Shown here: in pieces, positions 57,096 to 64,000 of the stretch
Position numbering within the stretch: position 1 is the stretch's first letter
How the letters are laid out: each line of letters opens with the position of its first letter
Assembly: GCA_046349015.1 (NCBI GenBank)
Contig: JAXMDE010000017.1
Location: 9,363 to 73,362 of the forward strand
Length of the DNA stretch: 64,000 nucleotides
Source of the DNA: Bradyrhizobium sp.
Lineage (GTDB): Bacteria; Pseudomonadota; Alphaproteobacteria; Rhizobiales; Xanthobacteraceae
Direction: 5' to 3'
Position numbers and translations under genes: made by a program
The notes under the pieces: generated by a model
Databases searched by the model: none
Seen by the model: the letters and a program-made list of their open reading frames with translations, nothing else
What the model was told of the DNA's origin: nothing

Positions 57096-58319
57096 ATGGC
57101 CATCGTCACCCCCGCCTCGATGACTCCGCCCGACCGTGACGCGATCCCGCCGGCGCTGTTCAATGCGTGCTTCGTGCTGTTCACCATCAACGCCGTCTAT
57201 TTCCCGATCGCCTGGTTCTCGCATTGGTGGATCTACGATCCCCAGGGCCTCGGCATCCCCACCGACTTCGTCAACGTCTGGGCCGCCGGCAAGCTCGTGC
57301 TCGATGGCACGCCGGCGCTGGCCTATGACTGGGACATCCAGAAGAAGGTCGAGGTCGCGGTGCTGGGCCGGGATTTCGTGAGCTATTTCGCCTGGCACTA
57401 TCCGCCGCCGTTCCTGTTCGTGGCGTCGTTCCTCGCGCAATTTCCCTATGCCATAGCCTTTGCCGGCTGGATGGCGATCAGCGTCGTGCCGTATGTCGCC
57501 GTCGTCAGGGGGATCGTCGGCCGTCCCTTTGGGTTGATGCTCGCGATCGCCTTTCCGATGGTGTTTTCCAACACGCTGGTCGGGCAGAACGGCTTTCTCA
57601 CCGCGGCGTTGATCGGCGGCACGCTCTATCTCCTGCCGGCGCGGCCGCTGCTCGCAGGAGTTTGCCTCGGGCTGCTCAGCTACAAGCCGCAATATGGGCT
57701 GCTGTTTCCGCTGGTGCTGATCGCCGCCGGACAATGGCGCGCCTTCGTCTCCGCAGGGGTGACGGTGGTGGCACTTGCCTTCGGTTCGTGGCTCGCCTTC
57801 GGCACCGAAGCGTGGCAGGCCTTCTTCCACTGGATGCCGACGTTTTCGCAAGCTTTCCTCAGCGAGGGCAAAGCGACCTGGTGGAAGCTGCAATCGCTGT
57901 ATTCGCTGGTGCGCTTTCTCGGCGCGCCCGAACACTTGGCCTGGGCCGTGCACTGGGTGCTCACCGCGACGGTCGCCACCGTGCTGGTCCTGATGTGGCG
58001 CAGCCGCGTACCCTATACGCTGAAGGCCGCGGCGCTGGCGACCGGTACGCTGCTCGTTACGCCCTATCTGTTCGCTTACGACATGGTGGTGCTGGCCATT
58101 CCAGTCGCCTTCCTGGTCCGCCTCGGGCTGAAAAGCGGCTTCCGCCCCTACGAGCTCCCCGCACTCGGGGCCGCCTTGGCCCTGATCATCAGCTTCATCT
58201 TCACCGACTTCCCGCTCGGCATCGGTGTCACGCTGATCGTGGCTATGCTCGTCCTGCGCCGGGCAGGGTGCTGGTGGCGCCGGACGCCCGCCCAGGCGTT
58301 CGCGCTGGCCGGGGCGTAG
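57096..58319 (+). CDS. glycosyltransferase family 87 (DUF2029) membrane protein
   Basis: TDFVNVWAAG, WHYPPP, GQNGFLT, KPQYG and PYLFAYD motifs; polytopic. Confidence 0.85.
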   Translation: MAIVTPASMTPPDRDAIPPALFNACFVLFTINAVYFPIAWFSHWWIYDPQGLGIPTDFVNVWAAGKLVLDGTPALAYDWDIQKKVEVAVLGRDFVSYFAWHYPPPFLFVASFLAQFPYAIAFAGWMAISVVPYVAVVRGIVGRPFGLMLAIAFPMVFSNTLVGQNGFLTAALIGGTLYLLPARPLLAGVCLGLLSYKPQYGLLFPLVLIAAGQWRAFVSAGVTVVALAFGSWLAFGTEAWQAFFHWMPTFSQAFLSEGKATWWKLQSLYSLVRFLGAPEHLAWAVHWVLTATVATVLVLMWRSRVPYTLKAAALATGTLLVTPYLFAYDMVVLAIPVAFLVRLGLKSGFRPYELPALGAALALIISFIFTDFPLGIGVTLIVAMLVLRRAGCWWRRTPAQAFALAGA

Positions 58320-58386
58320 GACCGACCTGAGGCCCCCGGCGCTCCAAACGGTCATCCGGGGTCACAAAACGTTCTTGCCAGCTCCT

Positions 58387-58402
58387 CTGAATAGTTGTTC
58401 AG
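58387..58402. promoter_or_regulatory. candidate TetR operator
   Basis: CTGAAT-AGTT-GTTCAG palindrome just downstream of a TTGCCA -35-like hexamer. Confidence 0.45.
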
Positions 58403-58493
58403 TTCTTGGCGGCGATTGATGCTCGATCGCCCAAGAATCGGCGCTCGGTCCACAAGAAGGGGGCTGGCGCGCCTGCGGGACGGGAATTGCGCC

Positions 58494-59168
58494 ATGGTGT
58501 ATCGGCGAACCCATCAGGTGGTGAAACGGCTGGCCGCACGGCGCAGCGCTATCCTTGCGGCTGCAAGGGACGCGGCGGCCGAGGGCGGCATGTCGGCGGT
58601 GCAGATCGCGCCGGTGGCGGTTCGCGCCAATGTCGCCGCCGGCACCGTCTATCGCTACTTTCCCTCCAAGGCCGATCTGATTTCGGAACTGATCGCGGAT
58701 GTCTCACGCGATGAACTCGCCGCAATCCGCCGTGCCGCGGATGCAGCGCCCGGACCTTCGTCGGCGCTGGCGGCCGCCGTCACCACGGTTGCCGTGCATG
58801 TGCTGTCGCAGCGCAAGCTCGCCTGGGGCATTCTCGCCGAACCCGTCGATGTCGACGTCACCGCCTCGCGCCTGGCCAGCCGCCGCGAGATCGCAGGCGA
58901 GATCGCAAGCCGCATCGATGCCGCCATGCGCGCCGGCCATTTGCCGGCGCAGGATACGGCGCTAACCGCCACCGCGCTGCTCGGCGCGCTGCACGAAGCC
59001 CTGGTCGGACCGCTGGCGCCGGACAATCTCGACGATCCGGCAAGACTGCGCGATGCGGTGCAGACCGTGACGCTGCTCGCCTTGCGCGCCGTCGGCGTGA
59101 TGGATGCGCGTGCGCGGGGCCTCGTGGTCCAGGCGGTATTGCCGGCCAAGACGCTGGTTGGAGCCTAG
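58494..59168 (+). CDS. TetR/AcrR-family regulator
   Basis: MVYRRT...ANVAAGTVYRYFPSKADL HTH. Confidence 0.9.
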   Translation: MVYRRTHQVVKRLAARRSAILAAARDAAAEGGMSAVQIAPVAVRANVAAGTVYRYFPSKADLISELIADVSRDELAAIRRAADAAPGPSSALAAAVTTVAVHVLSQRKLAWGILAEPVDVDVTASRLASRREIAGEIASRIDAAMRAGHLPAQDTALTATALLGALHEALVGPLAPDNLDDPARLRDAVQTVTLLALRAVGVMDARARGLVVQAVLPAKTLVGA

Positions 59169-60607
59169 CGCTTATCTGCGCCGTCGTCCGGCCCGGAGAC
59201 GCTGGCGATGCGCAGCATGTTGGTGGTGCCGGGAATGCGCAGCGGAACGCCGGCGACGATGATGACGCGCTGGCCCGCATCGGCAAAGCCGTCGCGGAAG
59301 GCAATGGTGCCGGCGCGATCGACCATGTCGTCCTGGTCGTGTGCATCTTCCGCGACGACGCAATGCACGCCCCAGACCAGTGACAGTTTTCTCCCCGTCC
59401 CCATCTTCGGCGTGATGGCGACCACCGGCGGCTTCGGCCGTTCGCGCGCCACGCGGATCGCGGTCGAGCCTGAATCGGTCCAACAGATGATCGCGGACAA
59501 CTCCAGCGTCTCGGCGATCTGCCGCGCGGCATCCGCAATCGCATCGCCGACCGTCGGCTCCGGCTCCATGCGCTGTGCCGAGAGCACGGCGCGATAGGTC
59601 GGGTCGCGCTCCACTTCCTCGCCGATGCGGTTCATGGTGGAGACGGCTTCGACCGGGAATTTGCCGGCCGCAGACTCCGCCGACAGCATGATGGCATCGG
59701 CGCCCTCATAGACGGCGGTGGCGACGTCGGAGACTTCGGCGCGCGTCGGCACCGGGGACTGAATCATCGATTCGAGCATTTGGGTTGCGATCACCACCGG
59801 CTTGCCGGCGCGGCGCGCCATCCGCGTCATCTGTTTCTGCAGGCTCGGCACGCGCTCCAGCGGCAGTTCAACGCCGAGATCGCCGCGCGCCACCATCAGC
59901 GCGTCCGATGCGTCGATGATGTCGGCGAGACGGTCGATCGCCTGCGGCTTCTCGATCTTGGCCATCACGGAGGCGCGGCCGCGGATCATGCGTTTGGCTT
60001 CCTTGACGTCCTCGGCACGCTGCACGAAGGACAGCGCGATCCAGTCGATGCCGGTGGTCAACGCGGCCTCGAGGTCCTCACGGTCCTTCTGCGTCATGGC
60101 GGAAACCGGCAGGTCGGTGTCGGGCAGGCTGACGCCCTTGCGGTCGCTCATCTTGCCGCCGACCACCACGCGCGTCACCGCGCGTTCCGGCGAGGTTTCT
60201 TCCGCGATCAGCCGCACCTTGCCGTCGTCGAGCAGCAGCGCATGGCCCGGACGAAGCGCCGCGAGAATTTCCGGGTGCGGCAGGTGCACGCGGTTCTTGT
60301 CGCCGGGCGTCTTGTCGGAATCCAGCGTGAAGCTCTGGCCGTTGTTGAGTTGCACTGCGCCGCCTTCGAACTGGCCGAGCCGCAGCTTCGGTCCCTGCAG
60401 GTCGACCAGGATGCCGATCGGGCGGCCGTAGCTCGATTCGACGTTGCGGATGGTCTTCACCAGCTCCCGCATCTTGTCATGCGGTGTGTGGCTCATGTTG
60501 ATGCGGAACACGTCGGCCCCGGCCTCGAACAGCTTGCGGATCATCGCGCTGTCGGAAGAGGCCGGTCCAAGGGTCGCGAGGATCTTGATCCGGCGCAGGC
60601 GCCTCAT
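59165..60607 (-). CDS. pyk: pyruvate kinase
   Basis: KILATLGPAS, RINMSH, DLQGPK, AKIEK, MVARGDLGVE and ATQMLESM motifs. Confidence 0.98.
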   Translation of the reverse strand: MRRLRRIKILATLGPASSDSAMIRKLFEAGADVFRINMSHTPHDKMRELVKTIRNVESSYGRPIGILVDLQGPKLRLGQFEGGAVQLNNGQSFTLDSDKTPGDKNRVHLPHPEILAALRPGHALLLDDGKVRLIAEETSPERAVTRVVVGGKMSDRKGVSLPDTDLPVSAMTQKDREDLEAALTTGIDWIALSFVQRAEDVKEAKRMIRGRASVMAKIEKPQAIDRLADIIDASDALMVARGDLGVELPLERVPSLQKQMTRMARRAGKPVVIATQMLESMIQSPVPTRAEVSDVATAVYEGADAIMLSAESAAGKFPVEAVSTMNRIGEEVERDPTYRAVLSAQRMEPEPTVGDAIADAARQIAETLELSAIICWTDSGSTAIRVARERPKPPVVAITPKMGTGRKLSLVWGVHCVVAEDAHDQDDMVDRAGTIAFRDGFADAGQRVIIVAGVPLRIPGTTNMLRIASVSGPDDGADKR

Positions 60608-61179
60608 TGCTTGCTTCCTGGTGCTTGCGGCAGGCCCGGCGCGCCGGTTGGCGGATTGGGCAGCCCCGGCAGGCCCGATCCGCCCGGTCCGACCGTTCCG
60701 GGGATGCCGGGCACGCGCTGCGACGGCTGCTCGTTGGCTTCCGTCAGCTGCACCGTCCAGGAACGCTGCTCGCCGGTGTCGACCTCGAAGAAGCCGGTAC
60801 GGTCGAAGCCGCGCGTCAGGCAGTTCTCGGTGCCCTTGATGGTGAATTCCTTGTCACGCGAGCACATGAACGCCTGCCCCGACCATTCGCCGCCGCGATC
60901 GTAATCGAGCGCGTAAATGTAATAGAACCGGGCGACCAGATTGCCGCGCAACAGCGTTTCGCAGCTGCGCGACGACACGTTCCACCATCCTTCCGTGGTC
61001 CACCCGTCGGCATCCTTGTAGCCGAGCGCGATGCCGACCCGGCTGGAAGTGTTGTTGCAGAGACGGAAGTCGGCACGCGCCGGATCGTTCCCGAGGAACA
61101 TGACGGTGGCCGCCAGCGACAGGCTCGCGGCAAATCGGATCGGAAACTGCGAGGACGGGAGAAAAGCGCGGGAAGTCAT
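60604..61179 (-). CDS. DUF1036 domain protein
   Basis: FRLCNNT, VGIALGY, EGWWNV and RGFDRTGFFEVDTG motifs. Confidence 0.85.
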   Translation of the reverse strand: MTSRAFLPSSQFPIRFAASLSLAATVMFLGNDPARADFRLCNNTSSRVGIALGYKDADGWTTEGWWNVSSRSCETLLRGNLVARFYYIYALDYDRGGEWSGQAFMCSRDKEFTIKGTENCLTRGFDRTGFFEVDTGEQRSWTVQLTEANEQPSQRVPGIPGTVGPGGSGLPGLPNPPTGAPGLPQAPGSKQ

Positions 61180-61366
61180 GCAGCGAGGCTATATCAATTT
61201 ATTTACGATTTCGCGTGCGGGGCTGGAACTGTCAACGTCGGGTACCCCGTTTTGGACGGAAGCCGCGGCATTTCTGCCCTGGAAGGTGCCGTTTTGCGCT
61301 GCGATGTGGCAGATTATGTGACAATAGCTATTTCAATGGACCGGACGAAAAGCGAAGGGAGCCGTC

Positions 61367-61672
61367 ATGGCGATCGACGACAAGACCCGCACTGAACTGG
61401 AAGCCGCGGCATTCCGCCGCCTGGTCGAGCATCTGCGCGGCCGGACCGACGTTCAGAACATCGAGCTGATGAATCTGGCAGGCTTTTGCCGCAACTGCCT
61501 GTCGAACTGGATCAAAGACGCTGCCGACGCCAAGGGTGTCAGTCTGTCGAAGGATGAAAGCCGCGAGGCCATCTACGGCATGCCCTATGAGGAGTGGAAG
61601 GCCAAGTACCAGGGCACGGCCTCACCAGAGCAACTCGAGGCCATGAAGAAGGTCCATCCGCACGGCCACTGA
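61367..61672 (+). CDS. DUF1244 domain protein
   Basis: ELEAAAFRRL, DVQNIELMNLAGFCRNCL and YGMPYEEWK motifs. Confidence 0.9.
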   Translation: MAIDDKTRTELEAAAFRRLVEHLRGRTDVQNIELMNLAGFCRNCLSNWIKDAADAKGVSLSKDESREAIYGMPYEEWKAKYQGTASPEQLEAMKKVHPHGH

Positions 61673-61864
61673 TATCTTGCCGAACGGCGCCGCTTTTCCA
61701 CGGCTCTTTTTCCCCGCACGCCTTACCTGTGGGTGCCCCTGTGGATGACGCGATGCTTCCTTGACGGAAGGGGCCGAAAAAATCGAGGGTCAAATCAGGA
61801 AAGCGCGCGCTCTCGCTCGCGCGTCTCTCGATCATCAACCGTCAGTTCCCTTCAGGAGTACACG

Positions 61865-62137
61865 ATGGCCACGTCTGCCGCCGTCCAGGAAGAAGCGCCC
61901 GCGACACGATTTGCCAAGGACCAGCTCAAGGCCATCATCGAGCGCATCGAGCGGCTGGAAGAAGAGAAGAAGACCATCTCCGACGACATCCGCGACGTCT
62001 ATGCCGAAGGCAAGGGCAACGGGTTCGACGTCAAGGCGCTGCGCCAGATCGTCCGGCTCCGCAAGCAGGATCCCGACGAGCGGGCCGAGGCCGAGACGAT
62101 CCTCGAAACCTACATGCAGGCGCTGGGGATGCTGTGA
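61865..62137 (+). CDS. gapR: nucleoid-associated protein GapR (DUF2312)
   Basis: [17 protein letters not shown]...[17 protein letters not shown]; AGGAG RBS. Confidence 0.9.
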   Translation: MATSAAVQEEAPATRFAKDQLKAIIERIERLEEEKKTISDDIRDVYAEGKGNGFDVKALRQIVRLRKQDPDERAEAETILETYMQALGML

Positions 62138-62155
62138 GGCGATCGCCTTGCAGCT

Positions 62156-62275
62156 GTCATCCCGGCGAAGGCTGGGATCCATAACCACGAATGTTGCGGC
62201 TGAGACGTGCTGGGACTCCAGCGCGCATAAGCACGCGCGCCTGTAGTTATGGGTCCCGGCCTTCGCCGGGACGAC
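62156..62275. repeat. bipartite palindromic intergenic repeat (MITE/REP-like)
   Basis: gtcatcccggcgaaggctgggatccataac...gttatgggtcccggccttcgccgggacgac, with ~30-bp imperfect terminal inverted repeats. Confidence 0.75.
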
Positions 62276-62303
62276 TACGGAATTTTTTGGGAAGGGGTTG
62301 CGC

Positions 62304-63908
62304 TTACCGCAGCGAGGCGGTGCGCATCACGAACGACGTCGTGTCGAGCCGCGCCGTTGCCGAGCCTGTGAAGCGGTCGGTCACGAGGCCAAGCGTCGGA
62401 TCGCCCGAGAAGGTCATCGCGACGATGGTCTGCGGCTTGACGAAATGCTGTCGCATCAGCGTGAGGTCGGCATCGCCGAACACGGTGACCGACATCGACG
62501 TGCTCGCGCTCGGCGCCAACATCATCACCCGCAGCCAGATCTCGTTGTTGCCCTTCGAAGCGGCGAGGCGGGCCGAGCTCGCGAACGCATTGCCGTCGCC
62601 CTGTGCGCCCTTGCTGACCACGGTGGTGACGTCATTGACGGCCATCGAGTTGCGTGAAGGCGAAGCCGGCCGCCCGCTGCGCGGGATCGGGGCGCTTGCG
62701 GCGACGATGTTGGAGCGGTCGACCGGTGAGACGGCAGCCGGCGCATAGGCCATGGCCCTATTGAAGTTCTCGGTGACGCTGGCGGTCGGCTGCGGGTCGG
62801 CCTTGCGAGCGGCGAGGGCAGCGATCTGGGCTGGGCTGGCCTGCTGCGGGGCGGGGATGTTGTCCCAGAAGCCGCGGGCGTTGATGATGTCGGCGGGGGT
62901 CTGCGGTGCGGCAGCCTGCTCGGCCGCGGCGGCTTGCGGTTTCGCCTCGACGGCGGCGGAAGCGCTGGCGACGGTCTTGGGCGGCGCAACGATCTTGGCG
63001 TCGGCGGAAGCAAGCTGCAGGGTCGAAGCGGCGGGCTTGACGGGCTTCTCGGCCGGCTTGGCGGCGGCCACGACCGTTGTCTTGACCGGCTTCTCGATCT
63101 TGGCAGGGGCGGGCGCGGCTGCGGCCTCGTCATCCTCGTCGCTGCCGGCGGACTTGCCCTTGAACAGGGCCGCAAGGAAGCTCGACTTGGTGGCGACTTG
63201 GGTTTCCTCGCCGTCGCCGCGGCGCTCGATATCGGCCCTGGCGAGTTCAAAGCCCTTCATCGGACCGCTCGTGGACTGATGCACGGTGCGTCCGTCAGGG
63301 AATACCTTGATCAGCTGGGCATAGGTCATGCGCGGCCAGTGCCGCACGCTTCCGGTATCCAAATGCACGAAGGGCGAGCCGGAGGTCGGATAGAAACCCA
63401 CCCCGCCGCGCTGCAGACGCAGGCCGGCGGCGCGAATCTGCTCCAGCGCCACGCCCGGAATGTAGAAGTCCATCGCATGGCCCAGCATGTGCTGGCTGTG
63501 ACGGGCCACGCCGAAGGAGCGGCGGCGGAGCATGGCGTTGGTGGCGGGGGAGCGGTAGGAGGAAATGATGTTGATCGGCTGTTTGCCGTCGACGTCGCGG
63601 TAGACTTCCCAGAGGATGTCGAACAGGCGACGATCCATCTCGGTCTTTTCCTGGGTGCGCCAGTCGCGCAGGAAATGGTTGAGCTGCTTCAGCGCCGCTT
63701 CATCGTAGCGCCCGTCACGCTTGAAGGTAACGGTGAGGTCTTCATCGGAATGGGTGTGGTGGAAGGATAGGGTACGGGTCTCGTTCAAGGCGGTGGCATC
63801 GCGTACCGCTCCGGCTCCGGCAAGCAGCAACACGGTCGCAAGACCGGCCTGGAAGCCGGCCCGTTGCGAACAGAGCGGTCTGATTTGGCGCGCGAAGACA
63901 GCCAGCAC
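62304..63908 (-). CDS. DUF882/YcbK (MepK-like) M15 peptidase with a long Ala/Pro-rich extension
   Basis: LNHFLRDWR, SSYRSPATN, SQHMLGHAMD and FVHLDTG motifs. Probable GTG start 63908 (ORF extends to 63956). Confidence 0.88.
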   Translation of the reverse strand: MLAVFARQIRPLCSQRAGFQAGLATVLLLAGAGAVRDATALNETRTLSFHHTHSDEDLTVTFKRDGRYDEAALKQLNHFLRDWRTQEKTEMDRRLFDILWEVYRDVDGKQPINIISSYRSPATNAMLRRRSFGVARHSQHMLGHAMDFYIPGVALEQIRAAGLRLQRGGVGFYPTSGSPFVHLDTGSVRHWPRMTYAQLIKVFPDGRTVHQSTSGPMKGFELARADIERRGDGEETQVATKSSFLAALFKGKSAGSDEDDEAAAAPAPAKIEKPVKTTVVAAAKPAEKPVKPAASTLQLASADAKIVAPPKTVASASAAVEAKPQAAAAEQAAAPQTPADIINARGFWDNIPAPQQASPAQIAALAARKADPQPTASVTENFNRAMAYAPAAVSPVDRSNIVAASAPIPRSGRPASPSRNSMAVNDVTTVVSKGAQGDGNAFASSARLAASKGNNEIWLRVMMLAPSASTSMSVTVFGDADLTLMRQHFVKPQTIVAMTFSGDPTLGLVTDRFTGSATARLDTTSFVMRTASLR

Positions 63909-64000
63909 TAATGAAGCCCACCCAACAGACGACCGGTCGATGTAACCCTTTCGCAACCCCGCGAAGCGAAAGAGCGTGAACGTAGTCTTAATGCGGGAGG

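Noticed and set aside
61225-61251. GGAAC...CGTT EcfG-like promoter before DUF1244
   Set aside because: Spacer is 18 nt and it overlaps a minus-strand TTGACA that better explains the site.

Overview
High-GC alphaproteobacterial chromosomal segment. Gene content, gene order and intergenic repeat types fit Bradyrhizobium/Nitrobacteraceae (inference). Core blocks: alkA-like/gluQ, hybrid kinase, yihY, pduO-etfBA-hbd, tlpA/argH-lipoprotein-lysA, DUF4175, cobT/cobS-cobC, tolQRAB...pal-cpoB-tilS-ftsH, pyk, gapR and a YcbK-like peptidase. Accessory blocks between them: several catabolic oxidoreductase clusters, a lower-GC PAS-MCP/orphan/LysR patch, and a cysE-like/czcBA/czcD metal-efflux block. No rRNA, tRNA, CRISPR array, integrase or transposase was seen. 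The most notable unexplained signals are: (1) a ~420-nt, promoter-led, heavily base-paired non-coding element with possible pseudoknots at 42.5-42.95 kb; (2) a probable metal-sensing, ribosome-stalling leader (signal peptide, His/Cys motif, C-terminal KPPRA) whose stop region can pair with the czcB start region; (3) a membrane GGDEF/EAL gene plus a FeeM-like N-acyl amino acid synthase with a perfect CtrA box, lying between tolB and pal; (4) a ~0.8-kb islet bounded by a duplicated lysA 3' end and carrying a sigma-EcfG-type promoter; (5) a ~70-nt sRNA candidate. Start codons were refined by eye. All product calls come from motif recognition, not database searches.
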